A stretch of 64,000 bases of DNA from a bacterium (GCA_965261085.1 OZ253442.1:2368001-2432000); one strand, 5' to 3'. Positions 50,245-60,156 are shown, numbered from the stretch's first letter. Numbers and translations are program-made. The notes: generated by a model not told the origin, from the sequence alone.

Positions 50245-50544
50245 ATGCCCGACACCGAATCCCGGACTACGACCACACATCCCATGGACCCCCGGCGCGG
50301 GGAAAACCTCTCGCCGATGTTTCAGGCCTTTCTCTGTTGGCTGCTCGACCTTCCGCCCATGACGGAGCCCGCGATCACGGGCGTCGTAGTCACGGGGGAC
50401 AGCGTCCTCGCCGCCACCGATACAGATCCGTTCTTCAACGCGCACATAGGCAGTCTCACTGATTTCGAACGCAACATTCGAGGGTGGGGCGAGGCATGCG
50501 GCGCCGACCCCGCCACGATCGAGAGCCTCGTCACGAAGTTTTAA
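50245..50544 (+). CDS. Hypothetical protein
   Basis: GGAGAG SD, MPDTESR start, co-oriented with neighbours. Confidence 0.55.
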   Translation: MPDTESRTTTTHPMDPRRGENLSPMFQAFLCWLLDLPPMTEPAITGVVVTGDSVLAATDTDPFFNAHIGSLTDFERNIRGWGEACGADPATIESLVTKF

Positions 50545-50679
50545 AGCGCCCGACGGGCCTGATCCGCATTCACACCGGGTAGAGGCCGAGTCCGGCCCGG
50601 CCGGGACGAATCGAGAGGCCCCGGGGGAGCGATCCCCGGGACGACCGCCCCCATTCCCACGACAACCGAGGAGACCGCA

Positions 50680-53600
50680 ATGTCGCAAGTCCTGACGGCG
50701 GACGCCCGTCCGCACGCCCCCCGTTCCACCGCGCCCACCAAAGAGGCCGCGCTCTTCGAAGCGGCCAAGGCTCTGCTCCCCGTCCTGGCGGCCGGACGTC
50801 CGCTCGATAAGAACGCGCTCAGGGACGCCATGACGCGCGCATTCGGAGCGAGCGATGCCGAGGGCGCCTGGCTCTGGAAGGACGCCTACGAGGCGGCGGA
50901 AGCGGCGGTCGTTCTGTTCTTAAAGCGCTACGGGCGGGCCATGCGCCGCCGGGCCGGAGCCGGACCAGAAGGCCCCGCCGCCATGCTGGCCATGCTGCAA
51001 AAACTCTCCGCTCTCGAACCATCGCACACGAAACGCTCTGAGACCCAGGTGCGCCTGCAGCAGTTCTCGACCCCGCTCGGCATCGCCTACGCCGCGCTCA
51101 GGGCCGCCGCTATCCGGCCCGGCGACGTCGTTCTGGAGCCGAGCGCTGGCACCGGGATGCTGGCCGTGATGGGCTGGTGCGCTCTCGGGGGCGAGAGCGC
51201 GCTCCACCTGAACGAGATAGCGAGCACCCGCGCCGGCCTTCTCGCCGGGCTCTTCCCCGAGGCGAGCGTCACGCGCCACAACGCGGAGGCCATCGCCGAC
51301 CGCCTCCCGGGGGTCAGGCCGGACATCGTGCTCATGAACCCGCCGTTCTCGGCGACGCCGGGCGTCGCCCGGGTGCGTCATGACGCGGACCTCCGGCACA
51401 TTCGCTCTGCGTTTTGCGCGCTGGCGCCGGGCGGACGCCTGGTCGCCGTCACCTCGGCGGGCTGCGTCCCGGGCGATGCGGCCTGGAACTCTGTCTTCTC
51501 ATCTTTCGATCCGCCCGCGCGCCTCGTCTTCACGATGGCGATCGACGGGCGCGCCTACGCTAGGCGCGGCACTACGTTCGACACGCGCCTCACCGTGATC
51601 GACAAGAGCGACGAGCCCGGGGTCGACCTTGACCCGGGAAGCCGCGCGATGGACGCCGCCGAACTGCTCGACGCGCTTACGGCGAGCGTTCCGCCGCGCA
51701 TGGAGCCCGAGCCCGCCGCCGATCTCTTTGGAAACACGACCGCGCCGCGGCCCGTGAGACCGAAGACGATGCGGAAGACGGACGCGCGGCCGACGTCCAA
51801 GGCAGCCCACGATTGGGGCCCCGTCTCTGAACTCGCATACGAGGCGGCGCCGCCCTACGGAGATGCAGCGGTAGTCGGCCCCTACGCGCCCTGGAAGCCG
51901 AGCGTCGTGAGCGTCGCAGGCGCGGTGGCGCATCCCACGCCGCTCGTCCAGTCGGCCGCCATGGCCGCCGTCGCGCATCCCACTCCCACGCACCGCCCGC
52001 TGCTGCCCGAGCGCATCGTCACCGAGGGCCTCTTGTCGGACGCCCAGATCGAGAGCGTCGTCCTCGCCGGCGAAGCCCACGACCGCCACCTCTCCGCCCG
52101 CTACCGGATCGGCGCCGGCTGGGAGACGGTCCGCCGCTGTACCGAAGAGAACGACGAGGTGGGCGTCGATGCAGCCACTACCGAGGACGGCGAAGTCCTC
52201 TCGGCCCAGGTCCGGTTCCGACGCGGCTGGATGCTGGGCGACGGAACGGGGTGCGGCAAGGGCCGCCAGGTCACGGCCGTCATCCTTGACAACAGGCTCC
52301 GCGGCAGGAGGCGGGCGCTCTGGCTCTCGGCCTCGGCCAACCTTCTGGAAGACGCCCGCCGGGACTGGGCGGCGCTCGGGGGACGCGCTGAGGACGTGAT
52401 CCCTCTTTCAAGTTACCGGCAGGGGGCGGATATATCGCAGGATGCAGGCATCCTGTTCGCGACCTACGCCACGCTGCGCGCGCCGGCCCGAGAGGGCAAG
52501 GCCTCGCGCCTCGACCAGGTGGTCGCCTGGCTCGCCGGTGGCTTGGGCGAGGAAGACCGCCACGGCTATGAGGGCGTGATCGTCTTCGACGAGTCCCACG
52601 CCATGGCGAACGCCGCAGGGTCCAGGGGATCGCGCGGCAAGGTGAAACCCTCCGCCCAGGGACGGGCGGGACTCAGGCTCCAGCACGCGCTCCCGGACGC
52701 ACGGGTCCTCTACGTCTCTGCCACAGGCGCCACCACCGTGACCGGCCTCGCCTACGCGGGACGACTCGGGCTTTGGGGCGCCGGTGAGACGCCCTTCGAG
52801 AGCCGGGGGGATTTCGTGTCGGCGATGGAGGCGGGCGGGGTCGCCGCCATGGAGGTCGTTGCCCGGGACTTGAAGGCCCTGGGCCTCTACCAGGCGCGGG
52901 CATTATCTTATGAGGGGATCGAGGTCGACATCCTGGAACACCCGCTGAGTCCCGAGCAGCGGCGCATCTACGACGCCTACGCAGGCGCCTTCAAGGTCAT
53001 CCACGCCAACCTGCAGGACGCGCTCGAGGCCACCGGGATCATGCAGGGCGAGGAAACGCTGAACAGGAACGCGAAGTCGGCGGCGCTCTCCGCCTTCGAG
53101 GGCGCCAAGCAGCGGTTCTTCGGTCATCTTCTGTGCGCCATGAAGTGTCCCTCTCTCATCCGCGCCGTCCAAGCCGATCTCGATGCCGGCCGCTCGGCCG
53201 TGATCCAGCTCGTCTCCACGGGAGAGGCCCTGATGGAGCGGAGGATTGCGGAGATCCCGCCATCCGAATGGGACGACCTGTCGATCGACCTGACGCCCAG
53301 GGAATACGTGCTCGACTTCCTGGCGCACGCCTTCCCGGTCCAGCTGCAGGAGCCCTTCACCGACGATGAGGGGAACCTCATGAGCCGGCCCGCCGTCGAT
53401 GAGGACGGGAACCCCGTGCTATCCCAGGAGGCCCTCGCCAAGCGCGAGGCGCTGATCGGGAAGCTGGCCTCCCTCCCGCCGGTGCCCACGGCGCTGGACC
53501 AGGTCGTGCACCGCTTCGGCCACGACGCCGTGGCCGAGGTCACCGGTCGCTCCCGGAGGGTGCTCCGGATGGAGGACGCGCAGGGCGCGCGGCTCGCGCT

Positions 53601-55098
53601 CCGCCCGCGTCCCGCATCCGCAGGCCTCGCCGAGACGGCGGCCTTCATGGAAGGTGAGAAGCGGATCCTAGTCTTCTCCATGGCCGGCGGCACGGGTAGG
53701 AGCTACCACGCCGACCTGGGCTGCGCCAACACGCAGCGAAGGGTCCACTACCTGCTGGAGCCCGGCTGGCGGGCGGATCAGGCGATCCAGGGACTCGGCC
53801 GTACCCACAGGACGCACCAGGCATCTGCGCCGCTGTTCCGGCCCGTGACCACCGACGTCAAGGGCGAGCGGCGCTTCATCGCCACCATCGCGCGGAGGCT
53901 CGACTCCCTGGGCGCCATCACCCGGGGGCAGCGCAACTCGCAGACCGCCATGTCCGGGAGCGAGGCGACGCTGTTCCGCGCGGGCGACAACCTCGAGAGC
54001 CCCTACGCGAGGGCGGCGCTCCGCCAGTTCTACGGTGCCCTGTGGCGTGGAGGTGTCCCCGGCTGGGCGCTCGCGCGCTTCGAGGAGGCGACCGGCCTCA
54101 AGCTCACTTACGAGGGAGCCCTCAAGGAAGACCTCCCGCCCATGCCGAAGTTCCTGAACCGCCTGCTCGCGCTTCCCATTGAGGAGCAGAACGCGCTGTT
54201 CGCAGAGCTCGAATCGCGCGTCGAGTCCAATATCGAACAAGCCGTCGAGGCGGGTACCTATGAGGTCGGCGTCGAGACCCTGCGAGCGGACTCGCTCGAC
54301 GCGACCGGGCACGAGACCCTCTACACCCACCCCGGTACCTGCGCGGAGACTGCCCTCGTCGAAATACTCCGCCGCGACCGGCTCGTGCCCGTGACGGCCG
54401 ACGCCGCACTCGATATGGCCGGGAAGGCCGGGGGGCCTGCGCTCGTCGTGAACGCGCGCTCGAAACGGGCCGCCGTCCTCCTGCCCGCGCCCTCGATGCT
54501 GTTCGACGACGGGGGCGTGCAGGAACGCGTACGCCTCCAGCGGCCCGCCGCCCGGGAGGGCATGGCGAGGGCAGAACTCGATGCCTCGAACTGGCGCGAG
54601 GCGGAAGAAGCCGAATGGCGCGTCCTCTGGGAGGAGGAGGTCGCCTCGCTGCCGACCCATACCGAATCGCGCTTCTGGCTCGTCACCGGACTCCTCCTTC
54701 CGGTCTGGGACCGGCTGGGCGCCGAGAACATGCGGGTGCGCCGCCTCGACACCGACGCGGGCGAAGCGATGATCGGGCGTGCTCTCGACGCCGGCGGCGT
54801 GCGGGCCGTTCGCGGCGCCTTCGGGCTTGACGGCGGGCCCTCCCTCAGTCCCGATGATGCCTTCGATGCCGTCATGGGACGCGGCGAGGTACTTGCCCTC
54901 GCGAACGGCTGGCGCCTCGCGCGCCGCCGCATCATGGGGAGCCTGCGCCTTGAGATCGAGGGCCCCGACGACCGCCACGTCACGGCCCTCAAGCGCGCAG
55001 GCTGTACGGTCGAGATCGTCTCCTGGAGCGCCCGGGTCTTCGCGCCCGACGCAGCCGTTCTCGCCCGCGTCCTCGAAAGCCGTCCCCTCGCGGGCTGA
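50680..55098 (+). CDS. Strawberry-notch family methyltransferase-helicase
   Basis: QQFSTP, EPSAGTG, NPPF (MTase); GDGTGCGKG, DESH, SATG, GRTHRT (SF2 helicase). Confidence 0.92.
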   Translation: MSQVLTADARPHAPRSTAPTKEAALFEAAKALLPVLAAGRPLDKNALRDAMTRAFGASDAEGAWLWKDAYEAAEAAVVLFLKRYGRAMRRRAGAGPEGPAAMLAMLQKLSALEPSHTKRSETQVRLQQFSTPLGIAYAALRAAAIRPGDVVLEPSAGTGMLAVMGWCALGGESALHLNEIASTRAGLLAGLFPEASVTRHNAEAIADRLPGVRPDIVLMNPPFSATPGVARVRHDADLRHIRSAFCALAPGGRLVAVTSAGCVPGDAAWNSVFSSFDPPARLVFTMAIDGRAYARRGTTFDTRLTVIDKSDEPGVDLDPGSRAMDAAELLDALTASVPPRMEPEPAADLFGNTTAPRPVRPKTMRKTDARPTSKAAHDWGPVSELAYEAAPPYGDAAVVGPYAPWKPSVVSVAGAVAHPTPLVQSAAMAAVAHPTPTHRPLLPERIVTEGLLSDAQIESVVLAGEAHDRHLSARYRIGAGWETVRRCTEENDEVGVDAATTEDGEVLSAQVRFRRGWMLGDGTGCGKGRQVTAVILDNRLRGRRRALWLSASANLLEDARRDWAALGGRAEDVIPLSSYRQGADISQDAGILFATYATLRAPAREGKASRLDQVVAWLAGGLGEEDRHGYEGVIVFDESHAMANAAGSRGSRGKVKPSAQGRAGLRLQHALPDARVLYVSATGATTVTGLAYAGRLGLWGAGETPFESRGDFVSAMEAGGVAAMEVVARDLKALGLYQARALSYEGIEVDILEHPLSPEQRRIYDAYAGAFKVIHANLQDALEATGIMQGEETLNRNAKSAALSAFEGAKQRFFGHLLCAMKCPSLIRAVQADLDAGRSAVIQLVSTGEALMERRIAEIPPSEWDDLSIDLTPREYVLDFLAHAFPVQLQEPFTDDEGNLMSRPAVDEDGNPVLSQEALAKREALIGKLASLPPVPTALDQVVHRFGHDAVAEVTGRSRRVLRMEDAQGARLALRPRPASAGLAETAAFMEGEKRILVFSMAGGTGRSYHADLGCANTQRRVHYLLEPGWRADQAIQGLGRTHRTHQASAPLFRPVTTDVKGERRFIATIARRLDSLGAITRGQRNSQTAMSGSEATLFRAGDNLESPYARAALRQFYGALWRGGVPGWALARFEEATGLKLTYEGALKEDLPPMPKFLNRLLALPIEEQNALFAELESRVESNIEQAVEAGTYEVGVETLRADSLDATGHETLYTHPGTCAETALVEILRRDRLVPVTADAALDMAGKAGGPALVVNARSKRAAVLLPAPSMLFDDGGVQERVRLQRPAAREGMARAELDASNWREAEEAEWRVLWEEEVASLPTHTESRFWLVTGLLLPVWDRLGAENMRVRRLDTDAGEAMIGRALDAGGVRAVRGAFGLDGGPSLSPDDAFDAVMGRGEVLALANGWRLARRRIMGSLRLEIEGPDDRHVTALKRAGCTVEIVSWSARVFAPDAAVLARVLESRPLAG

Positions 55099-55197
55099 AG
55101 CCCGCACTTGCGGCCGGCCCGCATACGTATGGCCGGCCCATCTCCGTCCGGCGGGGGGCGGCGACAAATTCCGCCATCATTCAAGGGAGTTCGTTCC

Positions 55198-55491
55198 ATG
55201 ACCTCACAGACACTGCCGAAAGTTACCGACTTCGCCTTCTGTCCCGCCTACGGTCCGGAGGACGCGCCGCAGGAGATACGACTCGTCATCGACGGAATGA
55301 CCGGGAGCATCCCCACCGCCCTGGTCGCCCTCACCCTCAATGACGCCGAGCGCTTCTGCGACAGGCTCAACGCCAGAGTCGGAAAGGACCGGGAGGCCTG
55401 GTCCGCTCTGGCCGCGCGAACAATGGGCACGGCGCAGGACGACGAGGCCGCCGGTCGAGCCGCCCTCATTGCAATGCAGCCGGCCTGGTGA
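55198..55491 (+). CDS. Hypothetical protein
   Basis: AAGGGAG SD before MTSQTLP; co-oriented. Confidence 0.55.
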   Translation: MTSQTLPKVTDFAFCPAYGPEDAPQEIRLVIDGMTGSIPTALVALTLNDAERFCDRLNARVGKDREAWSALAARTMGTAQDDEAAGRAALIAMQPAW

Positions 55492-55550
55492 TGTCGGAGG
55501 ACGCTCACGCGCCGGCTCTTTTTTTACCCGTTATCCAGAGGAGGTCCGCC

Positions 55551-56525
55551 ATGTCCCGAACACCATCTCCCGCGGCCGGGATCGCCGCCGTGCTCGCCTC
55601 GCGCGCCGAGGAAGTCTGCCGCCGCTATCTGCCCCGGGGCAAAAAGCAGGGCCGCTACTGGGTCGCAGGCGACGTCGACGGCTCGCCGGGACGCTCTCTC
55701 TTCGTTCGCCTGAAGCCTCCGGGCGCGCCGGGCAAGTGGAGCGACGCGGCCACCGGGGAGCACGGCGACCTGCTCGACCTGATCCGCCGCCGTTGCGCCG
55801 CGCCCACGCTCCGCGCGGCCATGGACGAGGCCCGCGCCTTCCTCGCCCTGCCTGCCCCACATTTACCGGGCGGGGGGCCGCCATACGACGCGAGGGAAGC
55901 GGCGCGGCGCATCTGGCGGAGTTGCCGCCCGATTGAGGGCGGCCCGGCCGAGGCCTACCTCCGCGCCCGGGGCATCACGCGGTTCCGCTTCCCCTCCCTG
56001 CGCTTCCACCCGGCGCTCTACCACCGCGAAGCCGACCGCCGCCTGCCCGCCCTGGTCGCCGCCGTGACCGACTCGGGAGGCGCGCTCCACGCCGTGCACC
56101 GCACCTGGATCGATCCCGATGCGCAGACGAAGGCCGGCGTCCTCCCCTCCCGCAAGGCGCTCGGCCGGGTCTTCGGACGCGCCGTGCGCTTCGGTGCACC
56201 CGGCGCCACCCTCCTGGTCGGGGAGGGCGTCGAGACCGTACTCTCGATCGTCACCGCGGCGCCCCGGGTCCCCGCCGCGGCCGCCCTCTCCGCTGGTAGC
56301 CTCGGCGCCTTCGTCCCGCCCGAGGGGGTCACTCGCCTCGTCATCGCTCGGGACAACGACGAGGAAGGCGAGATGGCGGCGGAACGCCTGGCCGCGCGCT
56401 GCGCCGGGGTTGGGGTCAGCGCCCGCGTCATCGTTCCGGAACGTGGCGACTTCAACGACGACCTCGCTGCGCTCGGCGCCGCTGTCCTCGCCGCACGGCT
56501 CGGGCCGCTCTTCCACTTCGCGTGA
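55551..56525 (+). CDS. Toprim-domain DNA primase-like protein (conjugative-element type)
   Basis: GKW.D.ATGEHGDLLDLI, AYLRARGI, HRTW, GEGVET, ARDND, DFND; GAGGAGG SD. Confidence 0.88.
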   Translation: MSRTPSPAAGIAAVLASRAEEVCRRYLPRGKKQGRYWVAGDVDGSPGRSLFVRLKPPGAPGKWSDAATGEHGDLLDLIRRRCAAPTLRAAMDEARAFLALPAPHLPGGGPPYDAREAARRIWRSCRPIEGGPAEAYLRARGITRFRFPSLRFHPALYHREADRRLPALVAAVTDSGGALHAVHRTWIDPDAQTKAGVLPSRKALGRVFGRAVRFGAPGATLLVGEGVETVLSIVTAAPRVPAAAALSAGSLGAFVPPEGVTRLVIARDNDEEGEMAAERLAARCAGVGVSARVIVPERGDFNDDLAALGAAVLAARLGPLFHFA

Positions 56526-56597
56526 GTCGGGGAGGAGCGGGCCTGAGCGGGGAGGGAGGGTTTGACAACCGCCGCCCTGCTGCGCCGCCGTACGGTT

Positions 56598-56957
56598 TCA
56601 GTCCGGCTCGGGGAGCCACCACCAAGCCAGCCAGGCCGGGAGGCTGAGAACGGCCGCCCAGGCGGCTATCGCGAGCGGGCCGGACAATCCCGCCACCAAG
56701 GGCGCCGTCACCGCTCCGAGCCCCGCCCACGTCGTCCAGGCCACGCGCCGCCAACCCAGCCGCCATATCTGCCGACACGCCAGGGCGAGCGGCAGACCGC
56801 ACGGTGCCAGGGACGCCGCCGATTCCCGCAACATCGGCGTCCAGGCCTCGGGCGCCGTCCAAAAGAGCACGGCGGCGGTCACGAACACCCCGAGCGGCAG
56901 CCACAGGAGCGCCGGCGCCCAGAAGCCGCACCGCCTGATGCGTCTGCGGTTGTCCAT
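56598..56957 (-). CDS. Small membrane hypothetical protein
   Basis: About four hydrophobic Trp-rich segments. Confidence 0.5.
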   Translation of the reverse strand: MDNRRRIRRCGFWAPALLWLPLGVFVTAAVLFWTAPEAWTPMLRESAASLAPCGLPLALACRQIWRLGWRRVAWTTWAGLGAVTAPLVAGLSGPLAIAAWAAVLSLPAWLAWWWLPEPD

Positions 56958-57143
56958 GTCCCATCTGACTCGAATTCCGGAGCGGGCGCAAGCTCCGGCC
57001 TATGGTCAGCGGGCGGTCCTCACCGGATGAGAACCTCCCCCCGAGAGTGAGAGTGAAGCGGGGAGTCGGGCAAATGCCCGGTAGGGAGAGGGAGACGGTC
57101 TCCAGCTCCCGCCGCCGGCGACAACCCGATAGGAGGCTTGGCC

Positions 57144-57275
57144 ATGTACGAGAACGACTACGACGTCGACGTTCCCACCGCAGACGAACTGCTCGCAGAA
57201 CTCGGACTCGACGCGTACACGATCCGCAGGCTCCGCGCCGAGGCGGACGGAGAAGTGGAGTTTTGTAGCGTGTAG
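57144..57275 (+). CDS. Small acidic protein (43 aa)
   Basis: AGGAGG SD; MYENDYDVDVPTADELLAELGLDAYTIRRLRAEADGEVEFCSV; below the ORF-track cutoff. Confidence 0.55.
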   Translation: MYENDYDVDVPTADELLAELGLDAYTIRRLRAEADGEVEFCSV

Positions 57276-57352
57276 GGCGAACTCGGGGGTGGAGAGAAAG
57301 ACTCTCTCCCTCCCATCACTTTTTCACACTCACACCACGAAGGAGTACTACC

Positions 57353-57799
57353 ATGGCATTCGGACTCAACAGAGCGGAACTGATCGGGCGTCTCGGCGCC
57401 GACGTCACCATCAACCATCTCGCGAGCGGCGGGCGTGTCGCGAATCTATCCATCGCCACCGACGAGGGCTACGTCGACAAGCAGTCCGGCGATCGGGTGG
57501 AGAAGACCGAGTGGCACCGGGTGGTCACCTTCCAGCCCGGCCTGGTGGATATGTTTGAGAAGCACGCGAAGAAGGGCCGCTTGGTCTACGTCGCGGGCAA
57601 GCTCCAGACCAGGCGCTGGAAGAAGGACGAGGAAGATTCCGATCGCTTCTCGACCGAGATCCTCATCGCACCCGGGGGGCGTGTGCAGTTCCTCGAGAAG
57701 ATGAACGGGAACGGCAATGGCAACGGAAACGGCGCGCACCCCGAGACGGCCGATGTGGCGGCCACAGCGGGCGTAGTGGGCGAAGATATTCCATTCTGA
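57353..57799 (+). CDS. ssb: Single-stranded DNA-binding protein
   Basis: LNRAELIGRLG, TEWHRV, KG..VYV.GKLQTR, DIPF tail. Confidence 0.95.
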   Translation: MAFGLNRAELIGRLGADVTINHLASGGRVANLSIATDEGYVDKQSGDRVEKTEWHRVVTFQPGLVDMFEKHAKKGRLVYVAGKLQTRRWKKDEEDSDRFSTEILIAPGGRVQFLEKMNGNGNGNGNGAHPETADVAATAGVVGEDIPF

Positions 57800-57806
57800 T
57801 CACGTC

Positions 57807-57840
57807 AGGGGTCGGCGTTACGGCGCCGGCCCCTTTTTTT
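57807..57840 (+). terminator. Intrinsic terminator after ssb
   Basis: AGGGGTCGGCG-loop-CGCCGGCCCCT followed by a T-run. Confidence 0.8.
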
Positions 57841-57843
57841 GCT

Positions 57844-57935
57844 CGTTATCCAGAGGAGGTCCGCCATGCCCCGAACACCCTCTCCAGCGGCCGGGATCGC
57901 CGCCGCCCTCGCCTTTCTCGCCCCGCCGGCCCCTC
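57844..57935 (+). repeat. Direct repeat of the primase RBS/5' end (copy of 55529-55590), internally deleted
   Basis: CGTTATCCAGAGGAGGTCCGCCATG identical at 55529 and 57844; MPRTPSPAAGIAA vs MSRTPSPAAGIAA. Confidence 0.85.
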
Positions 57936-58219
57936 TCATCTACCGGGAACACCCGGAAATCTCCGGTTCCGTGAACGATAAACCGTGTTCACGGAAGATC
58001 CGCATGCACCTGCAATCACTCCATACTCAAGATAGTGGCTCGGTCCACCCCCCGCTGCGGGAATTTCGGGCCGGAAAAGACGGCCCGAAATGACCCTCTC
58101 CGCAGCATGAGAGATTGTTTCACGACGAGCTTTGCTTTCATCGTGAAACAACCAGAAGCTCTTGTGTCCCGGTGGCGATACTACTGTCTCTCTCTTAGCG
58201 TCCTCATTTTAGCACGAAC

Positions 58220-58365
58220 GGCGAGCAATAAAGGGTGGCCGCAAGCGGCCATCATTTTCCGGTACCCCCCAAAAAACGTCGAGCGACAAAAAACGAAAGC
58301 GCCGCTCTATGAAGCGTGTTTTTCGGGAACCCCCCGGAAAATGACGAGCCCTTGATTCGCTCGCC
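58220..58365. promoter_or_regulatory. Long nested hairpin, candidate ssDNA promoter/ssi element
   Basis: Nested pairs GGCGAGC/GCTCGCC, AAGGG/CCCTT, TCATTTTCCGG/CCGGAAAATGA; side hairpin TGGCCGC-AA-GCGGCCA. Confidence 0.45.
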
Positions 58366-58457
58366 TACGGGCACCGGGAACACCACCCGTTGCCCTTACG
58401 TGCTGAAAATGGGGCGCTAAGAAGCGCATCCGTTAATCCTCTAGAAAGGAGAAAGGC

Positions 58458-58832
58458 ATGGAAACCACCGTGGTGAACCTGAACGACTATCGGCATGACA
58501 ACTTCGGAAGCGGCTGTCTCATCAAGATTGACAGGACGACGAAGTGGGGAAATCCCTTCCGGATCGGCCAGGATGGCGATCGCGCCGCCGTGATTGAAAA
58601 ATACCGGCAATGGCTCTGGAGAAAAATCCAGCAGGAGGAGATTAACCTCTACGAACTCGCCGACCTTCATGGCTGCGAGCTCGGTTGCCACTGCCATCCC
58701 CTTCCATGCCACGGCGACGTCCTCGCACGCGCCGCCGCGTGGGCAGCCGACTACCTCGGCGACATGCCCAAAGAAGTGAAGCGAGACGATCTCGGCTACG
58801 CGCTGCCCCAATACGACTATTCCCTCGCTTGA
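58458..58832 (+). CDS. DUF4326 domain protein
   Basis: IDRTTKWGNPF, LGCHCHPLPCHGDVL. Confidence 0.88.
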   Translation: METTVVNLNDYRHDNFGSGCLIKIDRTTKWGNPFRIGQDGDRAAVIEKYRQWLWRKIQQEEINLYELADLHGCELGCHCHPLPCHGDVLARAAAWAADYLGDMPKEVKRDDLGYALPQYDYSLA

Positions 58833-58853
58833 GGACAACGAAAGGAGTGAACG

Positions 58854-59813
58854 ATGACTGCCACCGCGACACACCACCACAAGGAGAGCATCATGCACGA
58901 GCACACAGAGCACGAAGCACAGAATGAATCCTTCACCGCCATGGTCTGCGAGCAGGCAGCGCTGTTCGGCGCAACCCCGGGACCCGATGAGTTCGACAAC
59001 CGCCCCGTATGGGACCAGAACGAATCCACAGACGCCGTCACTCAGGCCTTCCGCATCCTCGCGCAAGCCGCACCTGACGGCACACAGCTCGCCGACGAAC
59101 GAGCGAATCTCCTCTGGGGATTCGTCAACACCCTGGACGCCCAGACACAGAGACTCGACCGCGCCGCCGACAGGCTCATCCCCGGTATCCGTGAACTGCA
59201 GCGCGAGCAGGACGGCTCCGAGATACGCTCTCGTGAACTGGAACTCAAGACCGACCGGGCGCAAAATCTCTCCAACCGCCGAGACGCCTTCGAAGGGCTC
59301 CGTGACGCCGCCGCCGAGGCCTACCGCACAGAGACCGGCGAGGTCTGGCGGCCCCGGCGAGGCTCCCACGTCTCGCAGACCGGTAAGCTCACCTCGGCCA
59401 TGATCGACGCGCGCGACTTCCAGCGGGCGAGAAAGGACCGCGAGAACACCGCGCATCTTCCGCAGGGGACACTCGTGGCCGTCGCGGGCGGCAAGGAGGC
59501 GAACGACGCGAGCGCCATCATCGGCCACCTCGACAGGCTTAAAGCCAAGTACGCAGACGTCGTTCTCGTCCACGGCGGCGGTCCGGGCGCCGAGAAGATA
59601 GCGGCAGGCTGGGCCGAGCGGAACGGCGTCCACCAGGTCGTCTGCAAACCCGACTGGGACGCACACGGACGGGCCGCTCCCTTCAGACGGAACGACGACT
59701 TGCTCGCACTCCTGCCCAAGGGCGTCATCGCGTTCCCCGGCTCCGGCATCACAGACAACCTCGTCGACAAGGCCAACAGGCTCGGCATCCCCGTCCAGCG
59801 CGTTGCGGCATAG
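58854..59813 (+). CDS. DUF2493 / YspA-like SLOG domain protein
   Basis: VAVAGG, LVHGG..GAEKIA..WA, AAPFRRND, AFPGSGIT. Confidence 0.85.
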   Translation: MTATATHHHKESIMHEHTEHEAQNESFTAMVCEQAALFGATPGPDEFDNRPVWDQNESTDAVTQAFRILAQAAPDGTQLADERANLLWGFVNTLDAQTQRLDRAADRLIPGIRELQREQDGSEIRSRELELKTDRAQNLSNRRDAFEGLRDAAAEAYRTETGEVWRPRRGSHVSQTGKLTSAMIDARDFQRARKDRENTAHLPQGTLVAVAGGKEANDASAIIGHLDRLKAKYADVVLVHGGGPGAEKIAAGWAERNGVHQVVCKPDWDAHGRAAPFRRNDDLLALLPKGVIAFPGSGITDNLVDKANRLGIPVQRVAA

Positions 59814-60130
59814 GACGCTCGAATCGGCGGGTCGCGTCGTCACCCCCCGGCGGCGCGGCTCGTCGCCTTACCCGTCGTTCACCCCGGCGCAACTGCCGAC
59901 GCTGCCGTCGCCTGCTCCGTCGCTGGCTCGTACAGAGGCGACGACGCAAGTCCCGCGAGTAGCGTCGGCCCTCCTGTACAGTCTGCCGTACACACCTCCC
60001 CATATTACTCTGCTCACTTCCGTCCGCTCAGTCGCCGCGGCGGCTCCCGACCGCCTCTCTCATCGGCTTCGATTCCCCCATCGTTCGTCCCCCGGATTCG
60101 GTCCTTTTGACGCCCTTCGGCGGCTCCTGT

Positions 60131-60156
60131 TTTCACACCCGACGCAGCGGGCTGCA
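60131..60156 (-). other. Candidate MOBF-type oriT nic site (cut between 60135 and 60134)
   Basis: Minus strand TGCAG-CCCG-CTGCGTCGGGTGT|GAAA: short hairpin plus TGCGTnnGGTGT. Confidence 0.6.

Noticed and set aside
57700-57735. NGNGNGNG repeat in SSB
   Set aside because: Ordinary low-complexity SSB linker
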